From sequence record ON287370.1: 64,000 bases of DNA; one strand, 5' to 3'. The first letter of the stretch is position 1. The number at the start of each line of letters is the position of its first letter. The position numbers and the translations under genes are program-made. Of this stretch, positions 30,493 to 40,643 are shown one piece after another. Below the pieces are notes generated by a model. The model ran no database searches, had not been told where the DNA came from, and worked only from the letters and a program-made list of their open reading frames with translations.

Positions 30493-31602
30493 TTATGCCT
30501 TAAAGAAGTGTTGGTTATCGATCATCGCCATACGAGTCGCAAGCGTTTGTTCGAAGCCCTTAGAGTATTTATCCAACAGAGGCTGGACATAACCTTGCAG
30601 AGCAGGAGTAACAACTTTGTTATCGAAGTTACGACCGAATACTGCAAATGTATCAATATCCATGGAGTAGATATCAACACCTTCGGTTTTCTCAATACCA
30701 TCCAGCATCTTAATGATGGATTCAATTTCCTGATCCAGGTATTTGAAGCATTCCAGGTTGTTCTTGGTTTCTTTACCCAAGACACTCCAGTTATCTTTAC
30801 CGCCGAAGCTGATATAGGTCACGTTCTGGTTAAGGTAAGCATTCACCAGTGTGCCGGTAACCAACCAACCAGCGTATTCAACTAGTTCTGGATTACGGGC
30901 TACAGCCTTAGCTTCAAACATGGCTTTAACCATGCCATTCACATGAGCAAGTTTACTCATGATCTTTTCACCCACATTAGGGAAATAGGTTGCCAGGTCT
31001 TCTTTAGTGATTGGAGTGCGTTCAATCCAAGCTGATGCATTGTCTTCAGCAATTGGCTTGATCTTGTCAAAGCACAACTTAACTTCGAACTCTGTACCCA
31101 GTTTGGTATCAAAGGTCATATAACCGTCGAAGTCTTTAACGATATCGCCGTCTTTAGCTACGACTTCCATCTCTTCATTGACGATCGTGGCTACTTCACG
31201 AATGCTCTGTGCTACGGCTTTAACCAAACCACTTAAACGGTTTTCTACATTGATGAAATCTTCACCGACGAGTTCGTAGAAAGGACCAGTCATATCTGGT
31301 TCACCGGTAATTTTATCGTAAGGAATATAAACACCTTCCTTAACTTCTTTACCCTGCTCAATTACTGAGTTCAGTTCTGCATATTCAGCTTTCTCAAGCA
31401 TAAGCCAGAACTTACCGATAAACTTGGCAGCAACATACCAAACATACCCACCCAAGGATACTTTGTAACGATCGTGGTAATCCTGAGTTTCAACAATGAA
31501 AGCTGAGTCATGAAAGACTTTCTTTTGAGACAGCTCAGCGAAAGAGTACAGGTTATAGTGGTTATCACTTTCGAATTCAAATTCTTTTTCGTTCATTTTC
31601 AA
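30493..31602 (-). CDS. hypothetical protein
   Basis: 369-aa ORF; no motif recognised. Confidence 0.75.
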   Translation of the reverse strand: MKMNEKEFEFESDNHYNLYSFAELSQKKVFHDSAFIVETQDYHDRYKVSLGGYVWYVAAKFIGKFWLMLEKAEYAELNSVIEQGKEVKEGVYIPYDKITGEPDMTGPFYELVGEDFINVENRLSGLVKAVAQSIREVATIVNEEMEVVAKDGDIVKDFDGYMTFDTKLGTEFEVKLCFDKIKPIAEDNASAWIERTPITKEDLATYFPNVGEKIMSKLAHVNGMVKAMFEAKAVARNPELVEYAGWLVTGTLVNAYLNQNVTYISFGGKDNWSVLGKETKNNLECFKYLDQEIESIIKMLDGIEKTEGVDIYSMDIDTFAVFGRNFDNKVVTPALQGYVQPLLDKYSKGFEQTLATRMAMIDNQHFFKA

Positions 31603-31614
31603 TAGGTCCTTACT

Positions 31615-33714
31615 ATGGAATTCTTTAACTTTTCGCCATCTGTGGAAAAGGTCGGTTCCTACTATGTTATCAACGGTATAAATATAAATGCATTTGAGCT
31701 AGACCTTAAGTCTAACTTCGGTACATCCGTTATTGCTAGCCGAATGATTACTAAGTTGAATAACCGCCGTTTCAAAATTCACCAATTCTTCATGGTGGAG
31801 CTGGCATGGATTCTTGACCACTTTACAACTAACCGTAATAAACGACAGGTGGACCGCTATCGTGTTGGGATGTATAAGTACAACCAACTCTATAACGAGA
31901 TTAAAGCTAAGACTTGGATCGAAACTACATTCCAAGATTATCCACCTTATGATGTTGATAAAGCACTCAAAAGTTTTAAACTTAGACCGTTCCCGGATCA
32001 ACGCGAGTTTCTCGAAGGATACTCCCGTATAAAATACGGTTACCAGTTAAGGGGTTGTTTACTTGACGCTGAACCAGGTAGTGGTAAAACTTATACCAGC
32101 CTAGTTTGGTCCAGAATGATCTCTCCCTATAAGACTATCATTATAGTTCCTAAACACTTGGTCCAAACACCTTGGGTTAGTGAGATGACCACTAAGTACT
32201 TTAAGGAAGCTCCTAAGATTTGGACTTCTCTTGATGGTACTGATCCACTTAATCATGCAGATGCAGAGTACTTTATTATCTATAAAGAAAATCTCCGTAG
32301 TCGTGAGTTTGATGGGTTGATCAATGTTATCTCCAAACAGGGTAAAGAACCGATTAAAGTTATCGTTGACGAATCACATAACTATAATGAACACAAGTCA
32401 CAACAAACACAAGGTCTGATTGACCTGTGCTCTAATATGTTTGTTTCTGATGTACTGTTCATGTCGGGTACTCCTATCAAAGCTCAAGGTCGTGAAACGT
32501 TTGCTTTGTTCACTGTCATTGATAAGTTCTTTGATAAAGACGTCCAGACAGATTTCCTCAAAATGTATGGCCGGGATAATGACTTCCTTAGTCAGATGCT
32601 TGCTCACCGTTTGGGTCGTATTAAGTTTACGATTACCAAAGTTGAAGGCATGGGTGAAGCTCCTGAACCTGTAGTAGTCCCAGTTAAGTTCCCAGGTGCT
32701 GAGAAGTATACCCTAAATAACATTCGTGCTTTGATGCTGGACTTCATCGAAGATCGAGTTAAGTTCTATAACGAACATATGCCTAAGTATGTATCCGATT
32801 GGGAAAAGTATGTTGATCAATACCGTTCCTGGATTGAAGGTGACTCGAAGGAAGAAGCTCGGCTGGATAAATATATCGAGATCGTTAACTACTTCCAGAA
32901 GCATGGATATAACAACTTTACTGATTCTGATAAGTCTAAGTTTGCTCACTCTGTTGAAAAGGACATTGAGAATGAACTGAAGGGTGATGACCTTAAATAC
33001 TTCCGTCATATTAAGTCTGCAGTCAAGTATGTGGGACTTAAGATCAGAGGTGAAGCATTAGGTCGGGTTCTGTCTCGTGCTCGCATGGAGGCTGTCAGAG
33101 ACATTATCAAGCATGCCGATCTTCCTAAGTTTATTCGGTCAGTTCAGAAAAAGACTGCTATCTATACTTCTTATATCGAAGTCATCAAAGAACTTGAGAA
33201 TTATTTTGAAGGTGAAGGGATAGACTCCATTTCTGTTCACGGTGAAAACTCAGGTGACATTGATAAAGTTATTAAGACGGTAGAAAATGATCCAAATGTT
33301 AACCCATTGATCACTACCTTTAATACTCTTCGTGAAGGTTACCCTTTGCTGATGTGTAACCAGTTGATCATGATGAATGCTCCTTTCCGTTCTTTTGAAA
33401 TGAAACAGACCATTGCACGTATTTATCGTAAAGGTCAAGATGCGGAATGCTTCGTCTGGCTCATCGATCTGGATACTGGTTCAGAAGAGAATATCACTTC
33501 TCGTTCTATTGACATCATGGAATGGTCTAAAGAACAAGTTGAGATCCTTCTGGGTGGTGGTAAGCTGACAATGGCAGGTGGTGCTAACACCAAAGCTGTT
33601 GCTGGTAAAATGAACCTAATGAATATGGTTGGTATGGAAGGTTATGCCTTAGATACCCAACACTTCGATCATCGTGTTTCATTCAAGAATTATTCTCTGG
33701 GTGATCTCTTTTAA
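31615..33714 (+). CDS. superfamily 2 (SNF2/DEAD-like) helicase
   Basis: Walker A AEPGSGKT, motif II VDESH, motif III SGTP, LREGYPL and QTIARIYRKGQ. Confidence 0.85.
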   Translation: MEFFNFSPSVEKVGSYYVINGININAFELDLKSNFGTSVIASRMITKLNNRRFKIHQFFMVELAWILDHFTTNRNKRQVDRYRVGMYKYNQLYNEIKAKTWIETTFQDYPPYDVDKALKSFKLRPFPDQREFLEGYSRIKYGYQLRGCLLDAEPGSGKTYTSLVWSRMISPYKTIIIVPKHLVQTPWVSEMTTKYFKEAPKIWTSLDGTDPLNHADAEYFIIYKENLRSREFDGLINVISKQGKEPIKVIVDESHNYNEHKSQQTQGLIDLCSNMFVSDVLFMSGTPIKAQGRETFALFTVIDKFFDKDVQTDFLKMYGRDNDFLSQMLAHRLGRIKFTITKVEGMGEAPEPVVVPVKFPGAEKYTLNNIRALMLDFIEDRVKFYNEHMPKYVSDWEKYVDQYRSWIEGDSKEEARLDKYIEIVNYFQKHGYNNFTDSDKSKFAHSVEKDIENELKGDDLKYFRHIKSAVKYVGLKIRGEALGRVLSRARMEAVRDIIKHADLPKFIRSVQKKTAIYTSYIEVIKELENYFEGEGIDSISVHGENSGDIDKVIKTVENDPNVNPLITTFNTLREGYPLLMCNQLIMMNAPFRSFEMKQTIARIYRKGQDAECFVWLIDLDTGSEENITSRSIDIMEWSKEQVEILLGGGKLTMAGGANTKAVAGKMNLMNMVGMEGYALDTQHFDHRVSFKNYSLGDLF

Positions 33715-33719
33715 TTAAT

Positions 33720-33733
33720 GGGGCTTCGGCCCC
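33720..33733 (+). terminator. UUCG hairpin after the helicase gene
   Basis: ggggc-ttcg-gcccc. Confidence 0.45.
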
Positions 33734-33739
33734 TTACTA

Positions 33740-34804
33740 ATGGTAAACGAAATGGAACTGAAAGACATTACAGGTTTTGAGTCTCTTAACTCAGAATTTG
33801 AACATACTTGTGCAATCACTAATGGTCTGGCTGAATTAGCTAAAGAACAAGTTGGTGATAACGAACTAAGCGGCGATGCTGTATATGCAGACACTGTTCT
33901 TAAACTTCACGATATCGATCTGATTGAAGTTGAAGGTCAGGAAGGTTTCCTTGACAGTGTAAAGAAAGGTAGTCAGAAAGTTTATGAATGGATCAAGAAC
34001 TTACTGCGTGCTATTAAAGACTGGATCAACGGCGCAACGGCTAGAGAGTTCACTAAGGCTAAGAAATCTTTAGAAGGTGACGTTGTTAATAGACAAGTTA
34101 AGAAACTTGCCACTAAGGGTATTGATGGTTTAGCCACCGATGGTTCTAACCATGAAGTAATTCGGATCATTAGACGGTTATCTAGTGCCGATAAAGTCAT
34201 CATTAACCAGAAGATCAAGGAAGTAGCCCTTAGTGATGAAGCAGAGGCTCGCCATGAAGAAATTCAGAGTGAGACTATGGAACGTATTGCCGGGACTGTT
34301 AAACGTCAATTAGCTGGTATTGATGGTCATATTAAAGAGATCAAACGTATTGATCCAAATGGTGAAACATTAAAGGCTCTGAATACGTCCACTGAGGCTC
34401 TTGAGAAAGCTGCTAAACTGACCAGACTGGATGCTGGGTTTACTGGAACTAAAATTAGTCAGCTTACTATAGTGACTCGTGATCTAATCGATGCAGCCGG
34501 TGATGTTCAATCCGTTCTGGCTTCTGCAACAGTAGCTCTGGATAAAATGAATGAAGCTGATAAAGACACTACCGATGAAGGTAAACGTCGTAGCTTATCC
34601 CGTGCTGTTTCTGTAGTGAAAGAATTGAGTTCTATTGCTGCTCGTTATCGTGATGCTGTCATCACTTTGGATTCTCAACTCCAGATTGGTGAAAAGAAAA
34701 CCAGTAAGGCGATTGTTAAAGAAGCAATCAAACTGGCTAAAGAAGAAGTATCTGAAGATGCTGCTACTTACCTTCGTCAGTTAAATGACACCTTCATGGA
34801 CTAA
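33740..34804 (+). CDS. internal head protein (phiKZ gp93/gp162/gp163-like paralog family)
   Basis: Acidic N-terminal propeptide with TGFE/S and EGQE/GFLDSVKKG...WIKNLLRAIKDW, the pattern of processed inner-head proteins; helical body. Confidence 0.65.
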   Translation: MVNEMELKDITGFESLNSEFEHTCAITNGLAELAKEQVGDNELSGDAVYADTVLKLHDIDLIEVEGQEGFLDSVKKGSQKVYEWIKNLLRAIKDWINGATAREFTKAKKSLEGDVVNRQVKKLATKGIDGLATDGSNHEVIRIIRRLSSADKVIINQKIKEVALSDEAEARHEEIQSETMERIAGTVKRQLAGIDGHIKEIKRIDPNGETLKALNTSTEALEKAAKLTRLDAGFTGTKISQLTIVTRDLIDAAGDVQSVLASATVALDKMNEADKDTTDEGKRRSLSRAVSVVKELSSIAARYRDAVITLDSQLQIGEKKTSKAIVKEAIKLAKEEVSEDAATYLRQLNDTFMD

Positions 34805-34809
34805 AGAAG

Positions 34810-34852
34810 CATATAACCCTTACCCTTCCGCAAGGAAGGGTAAGGGAGTATG
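34810..34852. terminator. bidirectional terminator, CCCTTACCC hairpin family
   Basis: catataacccttacccttcc-gcaa-ggaagggtaagggagtatg at a convergent junction. Confidence 0.7.
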
Positions 34853-34856
34853 CTTT

Positions 34857-36278
34857 TTATTTGCCCAGTTCTTTCAAACTGTAAACCCGTAGGTTAGCGA
34901 TGCTATTAGAATGAATGTAATCAAACTCAGGGGTATTAACAATGGTGCAATAACTCACACCAGAGTCATCTGAGAAATCCAAAGCCAGGAAGACTTTAAT
35001 ATCTTCTACTTTATTTACAATCAAACTGTTTAAAGCATTACGTTCAGGAGTATCAAACTTCATACTCAGATTGATCGTAACTGGTTTAACGCAACCAGGT
35101 GCTTCAATAGTCACCGGCATTTTCAAAGTGTTGTTAGTAAAGTCCGGATGGATTTTCCATTTACCTTTCGGATCTTTAACAAAGAACAGTTCCGTGATAT
35201 CAACAAACTTATGTTTCTGATAACATCCATTAGCATCACGCTTTCTCCAAAAACGGAAGATGGCAGCAAGCTTAGCATGGAAGTCACGGATACGATAGGA
35301 CAGACCAGGTGGATCAATAAACTCTACCAGATTTGCACCTTCGTTATTACCTAACGTCATTGGAGCAACCAATTCCTTCTTACCAAACGTCCCAGGGATC
35401 GTATCGATAACACGAGCGATTTCCTTAGACTTGATATGGTTCAGGTTGCCCGCCGCCATGATGTTATATGGGTTAGGTCTGTTCTTTTGACAGAACGAGA
35501 ATAACTTATCCAAAACCTTAATTGGTGTTTTCGTGTACAAGGCAGAATAGAACACATCCGGCGTAGCCTTACCGTAATAGTTTTTATCTGGGTCGACACG
35601 ACCAAAGGTATAGTGGCGATAACCTTCTTCATCAAGATCATAGAAAGTTGATTTATCACCGGTGTTAAAATACCAGCGTGTTGCTGTAACCAGTTTATTA
35701 AAATCAATCTCTGGATTCTTATACTCTTTAACATCCATCTTGTCAAGAGCAATAAGATCTGGATTAGGAAGATCGCTCAGTGCTTCAGCTAACTCAAGTT
35801 GTTTATGAGCTGTCTTAGGACCTTCACCACCTTTAGCATAATACTCAATATCGTGAATGATATCTTTCTTATGTTCTTGCATCAAAGCGTAAACACGATT
35901 AAATAGCTCAGCATTGTAAGCTTCGGGACACTTGTTTTTCTCAAGCATCTTGTGCGCTTTGACACAGTTACCAATCACAAGGAGTTTATTACCTTCCTTC
36001 TTATCTTCTAACCATTTATTAATGATCAGTTCAAGATGGGTCAGGTAGGCATCTACTTCATTTGGTTGCTTCAGGATACGACCGTTATAAATATCGATCT
36101 GATCCACTGCGATATTTTGATAGTTACCATTAACGTAGTATCCATAAACTGATGGTACGTCTTTCTGTAACTTACGTTTACTCTCGTTACCGGGATCGTA
36201 AGAATAGCCATGACCGCCAGATAGTCCGACATTTTTATCTTTGATAAAAGAACTTACGATATAGTAGACAATGTTCAT
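34857..36278 (-). CDS. RNase H-like protein (phiKZ gp155-like), catalytic residues apparently degenerate
   Basis: GxHGYxY N-terminal strand pattern and syntenic position. The expected TDG, NNxAE, DS and GNExAD motifs read VSS, PNEVD, GN and GPKTAH. Confidence 0.55.
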   Translation of the reverse strand: MNIVYYIVSSFIKDKNVGLSGGHGYSYDPGNESKRKLQKDVPSVYGYYVNGNYQNIAVDQIDIYNGRILKQPNEVDAYLTHLELIINKWLEDKKEGNKLLVIGNCVKAHKMLEKNKCPEAYNAELFNRVYALMQEHKKDIIHDIEYYAKGGEGPKTAHKQLELAEALSDLPNPDLIALDKMDVKEYKNPEIDFNKLVTATRWYFNTGDKSTFYDLDEEGYRHYTFGRVDPDKNYYGKATPDVFYSALYTKTPIKVLDKLFSFCQKNRPNPYNIMAAGNLNHIKSKEIARVIDTIPGTFGKKELVAPMTLGNNEGANLVEFIDPPGLSYRIRDFHAKLAAIFRFWRKRDANGCYQKHKFVDITELFFVKDPKGKWKIHPDFTNNTLKMPVTIEAPGCVKPVTINLSMKFDTPERNALNSLIVNKVEDIKVFLALDFSDDSGVSYCTIVNTPEFDYIHSNSIANLRVYSLKELGK

Positions 36279-36338
36279 TGTTAGTTATACCTGCCAATTT
36301 GTGATGTAACAACTAATGGACATCCTTGTCTTAAATTA

Positions 36339-36743
36339 CTATTTCTTACCATTCCTTTTCTGCAACTCCTTGTTCTGCTTTTCCAGTACAGCTTGGTTAT
36401 GCAGTAACGTGCGGATATCAGATCTTAGATCATCGTTCTCATGATTGAGGTCGTCGATTTGTTTTAACTGATCACCGTTTATGCGGAAAAGGTTGTTCAT
36501 GTTGTTTTGCTGCTCTACCATGAAGGTATCAACTTTGTTGAGACTCTTCTCCAAATCTTCTAGGTACCAGTTGGCAACCAGATATTTGGAAGTCATAGTG
36601 AGTGCAAATATCAAAGCCATAAATGTAAATAACAGTGACTTACGTAACAAGTGTTCTATCTTGTCTTCATATGAGTCACCTTTGGATACACGGATAAAGT
36701 AACTAATTATCCTATTGATTAGTTCCCTCAGAAAGAAGTTCAT
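36339..36743 (-). CDS. single-pass membrane protein with a C-terminal coiled coil
   Basis: TM segment LLFTFMALIFALTM followed by heptad-like polar sequence; GGTGG RBS. Confidence 0.65.
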   Translation of the reverse strand: MNFFLRELINRIISYFIRVSKGDSYEDKIEHLLRKSLLFTFMALIFALTMTSKYLVANWYLEDLEKSLNKVDTFMVEQQNNMNNLFRINGDQLKQIDDLNHENDDLRSDIRTLLHNQAVLEKQNKELQKRNGKK

Positions 36744-36797
36744 GCTGTGTCCACCACTTTTCAAAAATATGTTTCATTATAGCTAAAAGGTTGCAAT

Positions 36798-38129
36798 ATG
36801 TCAACAACTCTGTATAGTTGCTTTGCTGTAATTCACGACTTGGTAATCAATGGTTCCACCTCTCCCATTGGTGAACTAACCAACAGTACGATGACTTACT
36901 CCAAAGAACCTGATATTTATTTCGGTCCTGATAACCCGGTCGATCTCCATGTGTTTCGTGGTGTATCTGATACTTCCATGTTCGAGAAAGTTCCTCAGGA
37001 TTTTGTTACACCAGTTATCAACATGTGTAAGTGGTTGTATGACCAAGCCACTCAAAACAAAACAACTGACTCTTCTCAGGGTTGTCTCCAATTACTCAAA
37101 GCAACCTACACTAAAGGGTGGGAATGGAAAGATGTTAGCGTGATGGTCACCAATAACGCAATTTGGTTGCCGTCTAGTATTTCCTTCGCTCTAACTGTAG
37201 GTAAAGTAACTTGCGAATTCAAGATCTGGTTTGCGAACGAATATTTCCGCGTTGAATTCCCATATCGTGAAATCTACGTTATTCACCCAATTCCGATCGA
37301 CGATATCGATTTCCTTGCTGATAAAAACTATAAGCAAGTTGGTCAACGCCTGGCCGATGAAACAACGGCCATGATCGAAGAACGTGTACAGAAACTGGTT
37401 GGTGATAATACCAATCCGTATACTGCACGTATTGTAATGTCTTTCGATATTTATGATTTAATCAACGTCCCTCATTATAACCGTGGCGATTGGACTATCA
37501 TTTATTATGGTAACCCTAATGACGCGGAAGAAGAAACGTATGAGAAAATCAAGGAATGCATTCTCACGCACTCCAAGCATACCGAAGAGGAATGGGCTGA
37601 CATTATCCCAGATCTGTTCAACCCACTGGAATTTGCCATCGTTCCTTATTGGAATGAAATTGGTCTTGAGAACGAAACTATCGCTGGTTCGACTTACACC
37701 CCGATCTATACTGTTAAGGATGGTTTAACTCTTCCTAAGAAGTATGCAAGCCTCTGGGGCGAGAACAGCGTCATAGAATCGACGCAGATTGTACCACACC
37801 TGTATAAGTCAGCTCATATGGCATTTGTAGGTAAACCTAAGAACTATGCAGGTCGTGATAAGATCCGCGATATCTTCCCTGACTATCAGTTGATTCCTTC
37901 TACTGATTCTCAAGCTGGGATGATGTCCAAAGACACTGTTAAGTTTATCTTCGATCTAGAAGAGATGCTTGCAGCCGGTGAAATTGTTACTCCAGATGGC
38001 ATGCCACCAAAAGGTATTCAGCGTGTTATCAAGGACGGCAAACTGTATATTACGAGACGTTCATCTAAAGTTAAACTGACGATGATCTCCCGTTATCAAT
38101 TTGTCAAAGATAAGGTAATCCCTGAATGA
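36798..38129 (+). CDS. conserved virion structural protein (phiKZ gp157-like)
   Basis: 443-aa ORF; assignment from recalled synteny after the RNase H-like gene. Confidence 0.55.
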   Translation: MSTTLYSCFAVIHDLVINGSTSPIGELTNSTMTYSKEPDIYFGPDNPVDLHVFRGVSDTSMFEKVPQDFVTPVINMCKWLYDQATQNKTTDSSQGCLQLLKATYTKGWEWKDVSVMVTNNAIWLPSSISFALTVGKVTCEFKIWFANEYFRVEFPYREIYVIHPIPIDDIDFLADKNYKQVGQRLADETTAMIEERVQKLVGDNTNPYTARIVMSFDIYDLINVPHYNRGDWTIIYYGNPNDAEEETYEKIKECILTHSKHTEEEWADIIPDLFNPLEFAIVPYWNEIGLENETIAGSTYTPIYTVKDGLTLPKKYASLWGENSVIESTQIVPHLYKSAHMAFVGKPKNYAGRDKIRDIFPDYQLIPSTDSQAGMMSKDTVKFIFDLEEMLAAGEIVTPDGMPPKGIQRVIKDGKLYITRRSSKVKLTMISRYQFVKDKVIPE

Positions 38130-38764
38130 GTCAGAACTTAATTCCAGCGGTATGGGCTAAAGGTTCCTTTGAGGCTGAAAATCCTTTTAGTAATGTAGTT
38201 GACCCAAAAGTCTTCTACACCGTCGAAGCGGTCCGCACCATCCCTGAGATGCAAGCTGAAAAGGAAGATTTATACAAACTGATATTTGAGCCTGTTGGTA
38301 TTACCCAGGACCAATATCAAAGCTACGTCGATCAGGCTATTGCCAATAATGCTGTAGTTATTGTTCTTACTAGCCGTGGAAGACCTGATACGTATTTGTT
38401 ATCAACGTATCTGAAATCCTTCCCTCTGGTGGATGGAGTTATCTATGAAAGAGTTTGTATTATCTCTGACTTAGGAGCTTGCCCTCCGGCATTCAAAGAT
38501 CGGATCAACTCTGTTATTGCACACTTTAATGAATACATTAAAAATGCAGTGGGTATTCAAGATCCAAGAACTGTGATTGGAACCATTCCAACTCGTGGTT
38601 ATGTTTCTAAAGAACAAGCTGATGCTTGGGAGAATACTCGTCAACAGACGATCACCCGTAACCCATCTGATGTGGTTCGTATTGAAGAACTGACAACTGA
38701 GAACCAACAACTGTATACTTACATCAATCAGTTAGAAGCTCAGTTGAAAGCTAAGAACCCATAA
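38126..38764 (+). CDS. conserved hypothetical, probably virion protein with a C-terminal coiled coil
   Basis: 212 aa, ATGA-coupled to the upstream gene. Confidence 0.7.
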   Translation: MSQNLIPAVWAKGSFEAENPFSNVVDPKVFYTVEAVRTIPEMQAEKEDLYKLIFEPVGITQDQYQSYVDQAIANNAVVIVLTSRGRPDTYLLSTYLKSFPLVDGVIYERVCIISDLGACPPAFKDRINSVIAHFNEYIKNAVGIQDPRTVIGTIPTRGYVSKEQADAWENTRQQTITRNPSDVVRIEELTTENQQLYTYINQLEAQLKAKNP

Positions 38765-38774
38765 AAAATTTATT

Positions 38775-38819
38775 CATATACTCCCTACCCCTCCAATTAA
38801 GGAGTGGGTAGGGGTTATG
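38775..38819. terminator. bidirectional terminator, CCCT(T)ACCC hairpin family
   Basis: catatactccctacccctcc-aattaa-ggagtgggtaggggttatg at a convergent junction. Confidence 0.65.
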
Positions 38820-38823
38820 TTTG

Positions 38824-39399
38824 TTATGTTAAAAGATTACGTGTAATAGCTTCGAGAGGAAGGTATCCACGACGTAAAGTACGACCACGATATAAGTGAT
38901 ACAAATTACCTTCTTGAATGATAGAAAACTCATTATTGATATGCCACATACGTTCTTCTGTCTCAATAGATCGTAAGGCTTCAATAATAGCTCGCCGACA
39001 TTTACTTCCACGAGTAATCATAAACTCGAAGTAAGTCGTCATCATTTTGTTCTTGATCATTGGAAGATAGTTCTTCACAATGCTTTCTGGGATATGAGCA
39101 GTACGAATACCAAACTCTTTCCACTGAATATGAAGTGTGAAATCAGAACCACCAATCGGAGACCAGTATTCCAAATACGCACCACGTTTATCGGCATAGA
39201 ACCAAACTACCGAAAGGTTTCTAACAAATAGATGTATTCCCCACTTATCCGTGGCTTCAACACCGAGATACCTATCATGGTCATCCAAATGCAATTCAAA
39301 GGTTGCATTGATTTCTGAACTAGGTAAGAGATTATAAAAGCCCTGTGTAGAATCTAACTTTATCAACTCTCTTTTATTGACACGTTTAATGATTTCCAT
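38824..39399 (-). CDS. hypothetical protein
   Basis: 191-aa ORF with an RBS. Confidence 0.7.
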   Translation of the reverse strand: MEIIKRVNKRELIKLDSTQGFYNLLPSSEINATFELHLDDHDRYLGVEATDKWGIHLFVRNLSVVWFYADKRGAYLEYWSPIGGSDFTLHIQWKEFGIRTAHIPESIVKNYLPMIKNKMMTTYFEFMITRGSKCRRAIIEALRSIETEERMWHINNEFSIIQEGNLYHLYRGRTLRRGYLPLEAITRNLLT

Positions 39400-39426
39400 C
39401 TTTATTCCTATCAGCTATGCCGAAAG

Positions 39427-40146
39427 TTACCGACGCATCTGTGCTGCGCTCAGTATTGGTTTTGTTACACTTACACGCTTACCAAAGATATTAATGTTAT
39501 CACCATAACCCATTTCACGCTCTTTCTGTTCTGCACGTTTACGCAGAATCTCATTAGAGAGTTTAGGATCACTAGCCATACGAGCTGCAGTTTTACGCTC
39601 ATATTCAACCACGACACTATGGTAGACATGCGCACTAAGTTGAAGTGTAATGTCGATTACTTCGGTAGCTTGTCGGTCACCGAACATATACAGACCGGGC
39701 ATGTCAACAGCTGATTCAACTTCCGCTTCTTCATCATCGATCACTGCACCTTGGTACCAATCAGTTTTGATACCATTAAGTTTATTGACATCGATGATAT
39801 CAGAAATATCAATGCCCAGGGAATAAGAAGATTCACGATTCTTACGTTCCCCGATGTTTGGAACGACGCCATTGATATGAAGGATAAATGGTGAGCTTTC
39901 TACCAACATGGCTTGACGAGACATACTTGGGCGTACACGCCATGATCCACAGATACGAATCTGTACAAGCTCTTTAGGATCATAAACAAGGTCGTCATTA
40001 GTTGCCAACAATTTAAACATGTTGGTTTTATAACGGTTGATGGTCTCCAGAATAGCGAGGGTATACTGGTTGGGGTCTTCGAATTTATCACATTCTTTCA
40101 GAGACAGTTTTAAAGCGTTACCGAGAATATTGATATTGTCAAGCAT
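39427..40146 (-). CDS. hypothetical protein
   Basis: 239-aa coupled ORF. Confidence 0.75.
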   Translation of the reverse strand: MLDNINILGNALKLSLKECDKFEDPNQYTLAILETINRYKTNMFKLLATNDDLVYDPKELVQIRICGSWRVRPSMSRQAMLVESSPFILHINGVVPNIGERKNRESSYSLGIDISDIIDVNKLNGIKTDWYQGAVIDDEEAEVESAVDMPGLYMFGDRQATEVIDITLQLSAHVYHSVVVEYERKTAARMASDPKLSNEILRKRAEQKEREMGYGDNINIFGKRVSVTKPILSAAQMRR

Positions 40147-40643
40147 TACAAGTTATCCTTAATAGAACGAGAGAGTTTTACATAGCTAACACGGAGTAGT
40201 CCTTCACCATTTTCAGCGAATAAGGTTAGCATGGTTTTGTATGCCGAATAACTCAACACACGAGTTGGAGTTTGAATATGACCACGGAAGAATTCACCAC
40301 ATAGTGGCCTGATAATAGGTAGCGCGATATTGCGATCACGGTTACCTAAACGGTTGTTATCGAAGGACAGTAACTTACTGAAAATAATCTCAGCGAGTTT
40401 CTGTGGTTCATCACGCTGCTGAACACCATGAAGTTTAAGCAGCCTTGGAACCAGACTGATGTCTTTGCGGAAGATAGCAAGATAGGCATCGGTCTCTTCA
40501 TCGAAACGAAGCACGTAAACCAAGTTACCTAGTTTAGTGATATTGACCGGATCTTGCAGTTTCTCTTTTGGGATAGGGATCCCCGCTACTGTCGGTTTTG
40601 ATACGAGTTTGCCATCTCGGTTTAACCAGATTTGCATTAGCAC
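40146..40643 (-). CDS. hypothetical protein
   Basis: 165-aa coupled ORF. Confidence 0.7.
   Translation of the reverse strand: MLMQIWLNRDGKLVSKPTVAGIPIPKEKLQDPVNITKLGNLVYVLRFDEETDAYLAIFRKDISLVPRLLKLHGVQQRDEPQKLAEIIFSKLLSFDNNRLGNRDRNIALPIIRPLCGEFFRGHIQTPTRVLSYSAYKTMLTLFAENGEGLLRVSYVKLSRSIKDNL

Noticed and set aside
36339-36743. i-spanin assignment for the TM plus coiled-coil protein
   Set aside because: The topology fits, but I found no embedded or adjacent lipoprotein (o-spanin), and it is far from the endolysin.
29620-36790. TATG late-promoter candidates upstream of + strand structural genes
   Set aside because: A 4-nt motif is too frequent in AT-rich DNA to call without transcription start data.
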